Below, piece by piece: positions 18,640 through 27,712 of a stretch of 52,588 nucleotides of DNA. The notes below the pieces were generated by a model. The model did not search any database. It saw only the letters and a list, made by a program, of their open reading frames with translations, and was not told the origin of the DNA. The translations under genes were made by a program, and so were the position numbers. The DNA comes from Actinomycetota bacterium (lineage in GTDB: Bacteria > Actinomycetota > AC-67): positions 1 through 52,588 of the forward strand of contig JBKKCR010000195.1 of the NCBI GenBank assembly GCA_046712825.1. Reading direction: 5' to 3'. How positions within the stretch are numbered: position 1 is the first letter of the stretch; each line of letters opens with the position of its first letter.

Positions 18640-19329
18640 GTGAGCGTCCGCTCGCGGGTCGCCTTCGCCTCGGGTGTCGCCGGCGCCGTCGGGGCGGCGC
18701 TGCTGCTCTCCGGGCGGTTCGAGGGCAGCGTCGTTCTCGCGCTTCTCCTCGCGTTCTCGATCCGGACCGCCTCCCTGGCGGCGCTGGTCGATGCGGGTCC
18801 CATCCTCGCTGCAGGCGCGGTGCGAGGCCTTCGCGGTCGGGTGTGGCTCGCGCCGGTGTGGGCCCTGTCGGCCGCGGCGGCGGTCGCGCGCGCGGGCTCG
18901 CCCGAGCTCGACGGGCTGCGTGGGGCGAACACGGTCGCCGGACCTGCGCTCGCCTACGGGCCGACCATCACGGTTGCCGGATCGTGGCTCGCGTTCGGCG
19001 CTGCGATCCTCGCGCTGATCACATGGGTGGAGCTCGGTGCCGAAACCGCCGGGGCCACCCCCGGTCGCGTGGAGGCGCCGTCGCCGGTAAGGCGGCTCGA
19101 CGGGATCGGAGTACTCGCGGAAGCGACGCTCGTCGTCTCTTTGTTCCTCGGGCCCCAAGTGGTCGACGGACTCGACGCCGCATGGTGGGTGGGGGGGATA
19201 ATCCCGGTCGCCGGCGCCGCTTGGTACGCGCGGCGCACCAGGTTGCCCGACATCGCCTATCTGCCGGCCCTGCCCGCATCGCTCGCAGCCACAGGGCTTG
19301 CGCTCGTGCTCGTCGGCGGCACGCCTTGA
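18640..19329 (+). CDS. Hypothetical multi-pass membrane protein
   Basis: Several hydrophobic helices; TAGACT 7 nt before GTG; stop overlaps next start. Confidence 0.65.
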   Translation: MSVRSRVAFASGVAGAVGAALLLSGRFEGSVVLALLLAFSIRTASLAALVDAGPILAAGAVRGLRGRVWLAPVWALSAAAAVARAGSPELDGLRGANTVAGPALAYGPTITVAGSWLAFGAAILALITWVELGAETAGATPGRVEAPSPVRRLDGIGVLAEATLVVSLFLGPQVVDGLDAAWWVGGIIPVAGAAWYARRTRLPDIAYLPALPASLAATGLALVLVGGTP

Positions 19330-20876
19330 GCGTTCCCCTTCTGCTCCTGCTGCTGGCACCACTCGTGGGGGCGGTCGTGGCGGTCTCGTTCGCCGAGGTA
19401 CCTTCGCAACGACGCATACTCGTCGCGCTGTGCAGCGCGGCGATCTTGGGGGGCGGAGCCGCGGCATTGGTGCGCTCCGCAGCTTCCGAGGTTGTCGCCT
19501 GGCGCGGATTCTCGGCCGACGCTTGGACGGCGCTGCTGACACTCGGGGCGGTCGCGTCCGTCGTGGCCGGCATATCGCGCGCGGGCGCCCTTCACCGCCC
19601 TGGACCGATCGAGGCGGCGTTGTTCGCCACAGCCGCGGCCGGCATCGCGCCGCTCCTCGTGCGCGAGGTTCATCTCCTCGCCGTAACGCTCCCGGTGAGC
19701 ACGCTCGCGTTCGCGTGCGCGGTGGTCGTCTCGTCGCGTCGGGAGGTTCTCGGGATCGCGCAACGTCGCGCGCTCGTCGCGCTGGCTCTCTCCGACGTCG
19801 CGGCACTTCTCGCGATCGGCACGGCCGTATCCTCCGGAACGAAGCTCCCTCCGCACCTGTCGATCACCGCCGGGGTGCTGCTCCTCGGGGCGGTCGCGCT
19901 TCGCCTCGGTCTCGTCCCGCTGTGGTGGGGAGCCGTCGACGCATCGCGCGCGGGTCCGGTCCTGGGAGCGATCTGGCTCGGGCCGATCCGCGCGCAAGGG
20001 CTGCTCCTCGTCCCCGCCGCCGTCGCTGCCGGGCGCGGCGTCGCGTACGCGGCCGCGGCGGCCGGCGCAGCCACCGCGCTGCTGTTCTCCGTCCGCGCGC
20101 TGCGCAACCCGGACGTCGGTCCGGCGGCGACGGTGGGCGTCTCGCTCGCGGTGCTCGGGATCGCGCTGGGAGGGCCGGTCGCGCTCTGGGGCGCGACCCT
20201 GTGCGTCGCCGCGGCCTTCGCCTCGATCCCGGCCTGGTACGCGGGAGGAGCGCTGCGTGATTCCATCCGTCCGACGCTCGGCGTCCTTCCCGCAGGCGCG
20301 GTGCTGCCAGGGGCGGCCCTGGTGGTCGCCGCGGCGTTCGATGCAGCGGTGGTTCGTCCTGCGTTCCTTGCGTTCGCGCTGCCGGCGCTCGCGGGGACAC
20401 TCATCCTCGCCGCCGCCGTCGCGTCGGGAATCGCCGGCCGCGAGCTCCATCCGCGATCGCGAGGGAACCGGCCGGCAGCGCTGGTCTTGGGCTGGCTGTC
20501 GCTCGCGGCCGCTACGGCACTGGCCGCCTTGCCGGTCCGGGCTCTGCACGGGCTCGCGTTCCCGGTCGCGGACGCTCTGGGCGTGGGGCGCCTGTTGCGC
20601 GTCGGCGCCGAGCCCGGCGTCGCCGAAGACCTGGCGCTCGCGATGGTCGCGGTGGCGGTGCTTGCCTTCCTCGTCGGGCCCGGCCGCGCCGGATCGGGCG
20701 GTCCGCCGTCCGGCTCGACCTCCGCGCTCCCGAGAAGGTTCGCGCTACTTCCAGCTCGCCTGCCGTTCCGGATCCCCGAGCGCGAGTGGTCGATCGCGGG
20801 TACGGCGCTGATCGCCGCGTCGATCGGGATCGCGATCCGGGTCTACGTCGTGGCCGCCGGACGGGGCTTCTTGTGA
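19326..20876 (+). CDS. Large membrane protein, degenerate NuoN/Mrp antiporter-like fold
   Basis: TTG overlaps upstream TGA; 14 or more hydrophobic segments; LRLGLVPLWW resembles the KLGxxPFHxW motif. Confidence 0.6.
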   Translation: MSVPLLLLLLAPLVGAVVAVSFAEVPSQRRILVALCSAAILGGGAAALVRSAASEVVAWRGFSADAWTALLTLGAVASVVAGISRAGALHRPGPIEAALFATAAAGIAPLLVREVHLLAVTLPVSTLAFACAVVVSSRREVLGIAQRRALVALALSDVAALLAIGTAVSSGTKLPPHLSITAGVLLLGAVALRLGLVPLWWGAVDASRAGPVLGAIWLGPIRAQGLLLVPAAVAAGRGVAYAAAAAGAATALLFSVRALRNPDVGPAATVGVSLAVLGIALGGPVALWGATLCVAAAFASIPAWYAGGALRDSIRPTLGVLPAGAVLPGAALVVAAAFDAAVVRPAFLAFALPALAGTLILAAAVASGIAGRELHPRSRGNRPAALVLGWLSLAAATALAALPVRALHGLAFPVADALGVGRLLRVGAEPGVAEDLALAMVAVAVLAFLVGPGRAGSGGPPSGSTSALPRRFALLPARLPFRIPEREWSIAGTALIAASIGIAIRVYVVAAGRGFL

Positions 20877-20936
20877 GGCTCTCCGTCCGGCTCCTGAGCG
20901 TACGGCGCCCTCACTCTGGGTAGAAAGCCATTCCCG

Positions 20937-23057
20937 ATGCCCCAATCGACATCGAAACGGCCGTCCGCGCCGCGAGGCAAGCAACCCGCCTCGCGTGTCC
21001 GGCGTTTCCGCGACTGGCTGCAAGGCCGGACGCCGGCCGATCGCCGCTGGCATCAGCGCCTCAAGCGCTACGCGATGGTCGCCGTTCCGGCCGGATTCCT
21101 GTTCAGCGTCCTTTTCCTGAGCGCGGCGTACGCGCTCATCGACGTTCCCCGTCCCACCGACATCTCGACTGCCCGCTCGACGATCGTTCTCGACCGGAAC
21201 AACAAGCTCATTGCGCGTTTGCATGCAGAAGCCGACCGCGTGGATATCCCCTTCTCGCAGATGCCGGAGCATCTGCGAGAAGCGGTGCTCGCTGCGGAGG
21301 ACCACGACTTCTACACGCACAGCGGCGTGTCTCTCCCCTCGATAGTTCGGGCGGCATTCGCGAACGTCACCGGACTCGGCGTGCGGCAGGGCGGCAGCAC
21401 GATCACACAGCAGTTCGTAAAGAACGCATACGTCGGGAGCGAGCGCACGCTCTGGCGCAAGTTCAAGGAAGCGATCGTCTCGGTCAAGATCGAGGGTCAG
21501 CTGTCGAAGGACGAGATCCTCCACGACTACCTGAACACGATCTATCTCGGTCGCGGGGCGTACGGCGTCGAGGCGGCCGCGCAGACGTACTTCCGAACGA
21601 ACGCACGCAAGCTCGAGCTGCACGAGTCCGCGCTCCTGGCATCGATCATCAAGGCTCCCGAAACCTACGATCCGGTCCGCAACCCAGAGGGCGCGAAGCA
21701 GCGACGCGACTTCGTCCTGCAGACCATGGCGAAGCTGAGGTTCATCACCGACGCGCAAGCCGCAGAAGCCATCGCGAAGCCCGTCAAGGTCCGAGATCGC
21801 GCTCTCGTCTCGGCTCCGGCGGCGGTAGGCGCGCACTTCGTCGAGGACGTGCGGCGCATCCTCATGGGCCAGTACGGAGCCGACAAGGTGTACCGCGGCG
21901 GGATGATCGTCCGGACGACGCTCGATCTCGAGTTCCAAAAGTTCGCCGAGGAGGCGGTCGCGTCGGTGCTCGACCGTAAGGACGACCCCCAGGCCGCGCT
22001 GGTTGCCGTCGATACGCAGACCGGGGGCGTGATCGCGATGGTCGGCGGCCGGACCTTCGAGGAGAACCAGTTCAACTTGGCCAGCCAGGGTCGCCGTCAG
22101 GCCGGCAGTGCGTTCAAGCCGTTCGTGCTCGCGACCGCCGTGGACAGCGAGTACTCGGTCAAGTCGAGGTTCAAGGCGCCGGCGAAGATCAAGCTCGAGA
22201 CCGGCTTCGTGCCGTGGGAAGTCGCCAACTACGATTTCAAGAACTACGGCCAGATCGACCTGATCAAGGCGACGGAGTTCAGCGTCAACACCGTCTACGC
22301 GCAGCTGATCCTCAAGGTCGGCCCGCGGGCTGCTGCCGATATGGCGGCGCAGCTCGGTATCACGTCGAAGCTCGATGTAGTGCCCTCCTTGACGCTCGGC
22401 ACGTCGGGGGTGTCCCCGATGGAGATGGCCGGGGCGTACGCGACGTTCGCGAGCGGCGGGATGCACGCGCAGCCGCACCTGATCCGCGCGATCCAGGACG
22501 CCGACAAGAAGACGATCTTCGAATCCGAGATCAAGCTCGCGCGCGTCGTGCAGCCGAAGGTCGCCGACACCGTGGCGTACGCGCTGACGCAAGTGGTCAA
22601 GAACGGAACCGGAAGGTCCGCCGCGCTCGGCGCCCGGCCGGTGGGCGGCAAGACCGGGACCACCGAGGACCACGTCGACGCCTGGTTCGCCGGGTTCACC
22701 CGGCAGATCGCGACGACCGTATGGATGGGATTCCCCGACGGCAAACGTAAGATGAAGGACGTGCGTGGCATCGCCGTCACCGGCGGCTCGTTCCCGGCGC
22801 AGATCTGGCGGGCGTTCATGGAGCGCGCCGTCGAGAAGATGCCGGTCGAGGGCTTCGGCAAGCCGTCCTTCGAGGGCGAGGTGCTGAACGAGTCCCCGAC
22901 CCCGTCGCCCTCGCCTTCCCCGACGTCGAGCCCTCTCCAGTCGCTGCCGCCGGTGCCGACCGCAACCCCGACCCCGAAGGAAACCAAGACGCCCGAACCC
23001 CCGAGTCCGTCGCCGTCGGCCTCGCCGTCGGCGGCGCCGTCGGGAGGCGGCGGGTGA
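20937..23057 (+). CDS. ponA: Class A penicillin-binding protein (transglycosylase/transpeptidase)
   Basis: EDHDFYTH, GGSTITQQFVKN, RKFKE, YLNTIYLG, SAFK, SVN, KTG; Pro/Ser/Thr-rich tail. Confidence 0.93.
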   Translation: MPQSTSKRPSAPRGKQPASRVRRFRDWLQGRTPADRRWHQRLKRYAMVAVPAGFLFSVLFLSAAYALIDVPRPTDISTARSTIVLDRNNKLIARLHAEADRVDIPFSQMPEHLREAVLAAEDHDFYTHSGVSLPSIVRAAFANVTGLGVRQGGSTITQQFVKNAYVGSERTLWRKFKEAIVSVKIEGQLSKDEILHDYLNTIYLGRGAYGVEAAAQTYFRTNARKLELHESALLASIIKAPETYDPVRNPEGAKQRRDFVLQTMAKLRFITDAQAAEAIAKPVKVRDRALVSAPAAVGAHFVEDVRRILMGQYGADKVYRGGMIVRTTLDLEFQKFAEEAVASVLDRKDDPQAALVAVDTQTGGVIAMVGGRTFEENQFNLASQGRRQAGSAFKPFVLATAVDSEYSVKSRFKAPAKIKLETGFVPWEVANYDFKNYGQIDLIKATEFSVNTVYAQLILKVGPRAAADMAAQLGITSKLDVVPSLTLGTSGVSPMEMAGAYATFASGGMHAQPHLIRAIQDADKKTIFESEIKLARVVQPKVADTVAYALTQVVKNGTGRSAALGARPVGGKTGTTEDHVDAWFAGFTRQIATTVWMGFPDGKRKMKDVRGIAVTGGSFPAQIWRAFMERAVEKMPVEGFGKPSFEGEVLNESPTPSPSPSPTSSPLQSLPPVPTATPTPKETKTPEPPSPSPSASPSAAPSGGGG

Positions 23058-24307
23058 GCATGGCGGCGGACCACCGCCGCAGGATCACCCTTTTCCTTCT
23101 CGGTTTCGTCGCCGTCGGCTTGGCGGCCGGTTACGCCCTGAAAGCCCCGTGCATCTCCGGGGATTGGAGCGACGGCAAGCAGTACCGCCGCCTCTGCTAC
23201 TCCGACATCGTTCCGCTGTACGGCGCTCGCGGGCTCTCCGAGGGGCGGTTTCCCTACCTAGACTCGACCGCCCAGACGCGAGCGGCACACCAAGACGCTG
23301 AGTACCCAGCCGGCACCGGCCTGTACTTCGGTGCGGTGGCCAAGACGACGAACACGCTGGTCTCGTTCTTCAACGCGAACGCGGTCGGGCTCGCGATCAT
23401 GGGCATCGCTACGGCATGGGTGTTGTCTTCGATGGCGCGCGATCGCAGACGCGTGCTCCTGTACGCGCTCGGACCGCCGCTGATCCTGTACGCGTTCCAC
23501 AACTGGGATCTGCTTGCGGTCGGCTTCGCGACGCTCGGCCTGTATGCGTTCTGGCGGGGAGCGGACGGCTGGGCGGGACTCCTACTCGGCATCGGCGCGG
23601 CCACGAAGCTCTATCCGGCCTTCCTCCTGCCGGCGCTCGCCCTCGTCGCGTGGCGTCGCGACGAGAAGCCGCCGTGGCGGATGGCCGGCGCGTTCGCGCT
23701 CGGTGTCGCGGCGCTGAACGTCCCGTTGTTGCTCGCGAACTTCGAAGGATGGAAGTACCCGTGGGATTTCCAGAGCGGCCGGGCGCCGAACTTCGAGACC
23801 GCTTGGTTCATGGTTTTCCGTCATATCCATCCCGACTACGCGGGGCTCGCCACCTGGTATCCGACCTTCGCGAACGTGGCGTCCGGGGTTCTCTTCTTGA
23901 TGGGAGCCGGCATGCTCATCGCCCTAGAGTCCCGGCGTGAACGTCCGCGCCCGTACGCGCTCGGCTTCGGGATCCTCGTCGTGTTCCTGCTCACCGCGAA
24001 GGTCTTCTCCCCGCAGTACGCGCTCTGGCTCCTGCCGTTCTTCGCGTTGCTCCGGCTTCCGTTGTGGTCCTACGTCGCGTTCGTCGTCACCGACGCGGCG
24101 GTGTGGATCTCGATCAGCGCCTACTTCACCGCTGTGCAGTACGGGTCCGGCGATCCGGCCTTCCGGTTGAACGTGACCGAGGTGACGGTCTGGCTCCGAT
24201 ACGGCGTGCTCCTGATCCTCCTGGTCCTGAGTCGCCGGGCCGACGAGTTGGTCGACGCGCCGCCCGGACGGGCGCCCCAAGCCGCTCCGGTACCATTGAC
24301 CGCGTGA
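23054..24307 (+). CDS. GT87-like (DUF2029) membrane glycosyltransferase
   Basis: CYSDI, EYP, NWDL, KLYP, KVFSPQY..W; start may be ATG 23060. Confidence 0.87.
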   Translation: MSMAADHRRRITLFLLGFVAVGLAAGYALKAPCISGDWSDGKQYRRLCYSDIVPLYGARGLSEGRFPYLDSTAQTRAAHQDAEYPAGTGLYFGAVAKTTNTLVSFFNANAVGLAIMGIATAWVLSSMARDRRRVLLYALGPPLILYAFHNWDLLAVGFATLGLYAFWRGADGWAGLLLGIGAATKLYPAFLLPALALVAWRRDEKPPWRMAGAFALGVAALNVPLLLANFEGWKYPWDFQSGRAPNFETAWFMVFRHIHPDYAGLATWYPTFANVASGVLFLMGAGMLIALESRRERPRPYALGFGILVVFLLTAKVFSPQYALWLLPFFALLRLPLWSYVAFVVTDAAVWISISAYFTAVQYGSGDPAFRLNVTEVTVWLRYGVLLILLVLSRRADELVDAPPGRAPQAAPVPLTA

Positions 24308-25005
24308 GCGAAGCTCAGAAACCGCATCCCCGTCAGATGGTGAAGTACGCCTTCTACAAGGTCGACCCCGCGTGGCTCGGCCTGCCCGACGAGGAGCGGG
24401 GCGCTGCGCGGAAGGAGTTGGCCGGGCTGTTCGACGAGGGCCGCGAACGACTCCCGATGCTCCGCACGTACTCGACCGTCGGGATGCGCGGCGACGCCGA
24501 CATCCTGATCTGGTCCGCCGCCAAGACGCTGGAGGAGATCCGCGACCTCGAGACCTTGATCCGATCGACGGCGCTCGGACGCTGGCTCCAGACGTCGCAC
24601 TCGTTCCTCGCGATGACGAAGCGCTCGCAATACGAGGACCGGCTCGACCCGACCACCCGCGAGAAGCTCAAGGTGAAACCGGGACGTGCGAAGTATCTCT
24701 TCATCTATCCATTCGTGAAGACGCGTGCCTGGTATCTGCTCCCGTTCGATGAGCGACAGAAGATGATGGACGCGCACATCGAGATCGGGCACCGCTTCCC
24801 GACGGTGAAGCTGAACACCACGTACTCGTTCGGACTCGACGATCAGGAGTTCGTGGTCGCGTTCGAGACCGACTCGCCCGAGGACTTCCTCGACTTGGTG
24901 ATGGCGCTGCGTGAGACACGATCGTCGGAGTTCACGCTCAGAGACACGCCGATCTTCTCGTGCATCGCCGGCGAGCCGCTCGCCGTGCTCGAAGCGCTCG
25001 GCTAG
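24304..25005 (+). CDS. chdC: Chlorite dismutase-family protein, probable coproheme decarboxylase
   Basis: G.RGDAD, YPFVK...WYLLP..ER..MM..H...G, SFGLDDQEF; GTG overlaps upstream stop. Confidence 0.8.
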   Translation: MSEAQKPHPRQMVKYAFYKVDPAWLGLPDEERGAARKELAGLFDEGRERLPMLRTYSTVGMRGDADILIWSAAKTLEEIRDLETLIRSTALGRWLQTSHSFLAMTKRSQYEDRLDPTTREKLKVKPGRAKYLFIYPFVKTRAWYLLPFDERQKMMDAHIEIGHRFPTVKLNTTYSFGLDDQEFVVAFETDSPEDFLDLVMALRETRSSEFTLRDTPIFSCIAGEPLAVLEALG

Positions 25006-25337
25006 CGCTGTTCGGGACGCTCCGGCAGACGGAGCGTGAAGCGGCAGTCGTACTCGCTCTCGAGCGAGAACGAGTCGTTCACCACGTTCGGGTCGACGTC
25101 GACGATCATGCCTTCATCGCCCGGGTACAGCTTGGCCAGCCAGGCAGGGGCGACGATCGGAACGCCCTCGATCTCACCGACCGGATGCGCGTCGGGCTCG
25201 GGCAGATAGTTGTCATACAGGAACGGCGCCGTCGAGTCGCAACAGCCGGTCCCGAGCACCATGATGAGATTGGTGCGGCCGTCTTCCTGGACGCGCTGCA
25301 CGATCTTCGAGGCGTGGGAAGTCACGGTGACGTTCAT
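25002..25337 (-). CDS. DUF779-family protein
   Basis: GCCDS.AP and SFSLE....RF motifs. Confidence 0.8.
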   Translation of the reverse strand: MNVTVTSHASKIVQRVQEDGRTNLIMVLGTGCCDSTAPFLYDNYLPEPDAHPVGEIEGVPIVAPAWLAKLYPGDEGMIVDVDPNVVNDSFSLESEYDCRFTLRLPERPEQR

Positions 25338-25374
25338 CGCAAAAGCATCGTAGCATCCGCATCGGAGGACCCGA

Positions 25375-25959
25375 ATGGCCGAACCGGACGATCCGAAACC
25401 GCGATGGCGTAGCCCGCTCGTGTACTCGATCGCGCTGGTCGTGGCGCTCGCGGCTGGGGCGACGGCCGTGTTCCTCGCCGGCTCGTCGAACCGGGAAGAT
25501 GACCGCGCCGCGATCGTCGCCTACGAGCGGTCGGTGCTCCCGGCCGTCCGTGAGGCGGGCCGGATCGTCCAACAGGAGATGAAGCCGTCGCTCCGGGAGA
25601 TCGTCGAAGGAACGATCACGGGCCAGCAGCTCCTGGATCGGACGGGCGCATGGCAACGGGTGTTCAAGCGGGTGCGAGACGATCTGCTCGCCCTCGAACC
25701 CCCGGCGCTCCTCGGCGATATCGAAGGCGGCTGGAGCGCGGCGATGGGCGCCTATCTCATCACGGTCGACGCCTTCCAGGCGGTGGGTCGAGCCGATCCC
25801 GGCACGCTGTCGGCTGCGGTCGACCAGGCGGCGACCGTCGCAGAGAACGCCGACAAGCTGTTCGACCGCGTCGCCGGCGTGATCCAGTTCCATCGCCGCC
25901 GGCTCGGGCTCGGAGCATCACAGAACCTTCCCGACCCGTCCCCATCGCCGGCCGGTTGA
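25375..25959 (+). CDS. Hypothetical N-terminally anchored helical protein
   Basis: GGAGG RBS, one TM helix, helical soluble domain. Confidence 0.7.
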   Translation: MAEPDDPKPRWRSPLVYSIALVVALAAGATAVFLAGSSNREDDRAAIVAYERSVLPAVREAGRIVQQEMKPSLREIVEGTITGQQLLDRTGAWQRVFKRVRDDLLALEPPALLGDIEGGWSAAMGAYLITVDAFQAVGRADPGTLSAAVDQAATVAENADKLFDRVAGVIQFHRRRLGLGASQNLPDPSPSPAG

Positions 25960-26150
25960 GAAATGCCAGATTGCCCCGTTTCTGCTGGTCACCGTGACGC
26001 GGTTGCCCCGCCGGTCGGGCTCGGATAGGGGGAATCCACCACTTTCGCGCTCCGTGGTCGGACGGTATCCTCAGGCGCGCAGACCTCTGTCGGCGTGCCG
26101 ACTCACGCCCGGCGCTGGGACCCGAACGATCTACCCAAGGGAGTGAAGGA

Positions 26151-27581
26151 ATGACTTCGACCAACGGTTACGACTACGACGTCATCGTGGTGGGTGGCGG
26201 CCCGGCCGGCTCCACCGCGGCCTCGCTGCTGTCCCGCGACGGCCACAAGGTCCTCCTGCTCGAGCGCGAGAAGTTCCCGCGCGATCACGTCGGCGAGTCG
26301 ATGTTGCCCTTCTGCTACAAGCTCTTCGACGGACTCGGCGTGCGCGAGGAGATGGAGCGCTCGTTCGTCCGCAAGCCCGGCGTCCGCTTCATCGACCGCA
26401 ACGACATCGCTTCGACCACCTGGTGTTTCGACGTGGTGATCGATGACGAGACGTACCTCTCCTTCCAGGTCAACCGCGCTCCCTTCGACAACATCCTCTT
26501 GAACAACTCGCGCCGCCTCGGCGCGGAGGTTCGCGAGCAGGTCAAGGTCACCGACATCGACCTCAGCGACCCCAACAAGGCCATCGTCGAGTCGGAGACC
26601 GCGGACGGCGTGCAGGAGGTGCACACGGCGCGGTTCCTCATCGACGCCAGTGGGCGCGACGCGATAGTCGGCTCCAAGAACGGCTGGCGCAAGCCGCGTG
26701 AGGAGCTCGACCGCACGGCCCTCTGGTCGCACTGGGAGGGCGTCAAGATGGCACACGGCCTCGAAGAGGGGCTGTCGCTCATCATCTACATCGGTGAGGA
26801 GAAGAAGGGCTGGATCTGGGTCTTCCCACTCTCCGACAACCGCATCACGGCCGGGGTCGTGTTCCAGAACTCCTACATCCGCAAGCGTCGCAAGGAACTC
26901 CAGGCCGAAGGGATCACGGACTGGCAGGAGGCCATGTGCGAGGCAGAGCTTCGCGAGTCCCCGGTCGTGGCCAAGCTCCTCGACACGCCGGGCGCGCACC
27001 GTGTCATGGAGATCATGACGAACGGCAACTACTCGTATGAGGTCACGAACCACTACGGCCCCAACTACGCGATGATCGGAGACGCTCGCGGATTCATCGA
27101 TCCGATCTTCTCCTCGGGAGTGTTCCTGTCGATGAAGACCGCGCACCTCGTCTCTGCCGCGGTGCACAATCAGCTCACGACCGACGTCGGCCCGATGGGC
27201 CCCGAGCTGGTCGAGGCGTACCGTAAGGTCTCCGGCGCCTACAACTTCGTGCACCGGATGATCCGCCTCTTCTACAACCCGCACGCGATCACGTGGGCCG
27301 AGGTCGGCGTCGACCATCAGGTCCACAAGCGGCACGAGAGCGCCATGGCTGCCGGGCACTACATGCTCGCCGGTGACTTCTTCGAGAACCACGAGCGCTA
27401 CAACAAGTTCTTCGACGCGCTCGAGGACCCGCGCGGCTTCGAGCATTACAAGAAGCTGATCCTCGACCGCGAGGACTACAACAAGGAAGCGCCGACCTGC
27501 TACACGCCGAAGGAGGTCGCGTTCCCGATGGTCGCCAACGGCGGGCAAAAGGCGGACTCGACCGTCGAGGTGGCCGGCTAG
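26151..27581 (+). CDS. Flavin-dependent halogenase-like FAD oxidoreductase
   Basis: GGGPAG, FPRDHVGES, F..KPG, GWIWVFPL (WxWxIP-like), GDA.GFIDPIFSSGV; good RBS. Confidence 0.85.
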   Translation: MTSTNGYDYDVIVVGGGPAGSTAASLLSRDGHKVLLLEREKFPRDHVGESMLPFCYKLFDGLGVREEMERSFVRKPGVRFIDRNDIASTTWCFDVVIDDETYLSFQVNRAPFDNILLNNSRRLGAEVREQVKVTDIDLSDPNKAIVESETADGVQEVHTARFLIDASGRDAIVGSKNGWRKPREELDRTALWSHWEGVKMAHGLEEGLSLIIYIGEEKKGWIWVFPLSDNRITAGVVFQNSYIRKRRKELQAEGITDWQEAMCEAELRESPVVAKLLDTPGAHRVMEIMTNGNYSYEVTNHYGPNYAMIGDARGFIDPIFSSGVFLSMKTAHLVSAAVHNQLTTDVGPMGPELVEAYRKVSGAYNFVHRMIRLFYNPHAITWAEVGVDHQVHKRHESAMAAGHYMLAGDFFENHERYNKFFDALEDPRGFEHYKKLILDREDYNKEAPTCYTPKEVAFPMVANGGQKADSTVEVAG

Positions 27582-27712
27582 GTTTCCGAGTCCCGATTGG
27601 GGCTTTTGGTTTGCCTTTAGGGCTTCCGGCGGCGTGGCTGCTTCTGTATGTTTGAGCTCGACGGATCGCGATCGGTCCGTCGAAGGTTTTGGGGGGACGG
27701 GAGGCAAGGGGG

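Noticed and set aside
27582-27640. Possible c-di-GMP-I riboswitch on the - strand (GGCAAACC...GGGAC)
   Set aside because: Lacks the GNRA-capped P2 and the GCAAAGC junction and points away from any gene. A weak + strand terminator (GTCCC-GATT-GGGGC-TTTT) explains it as well.
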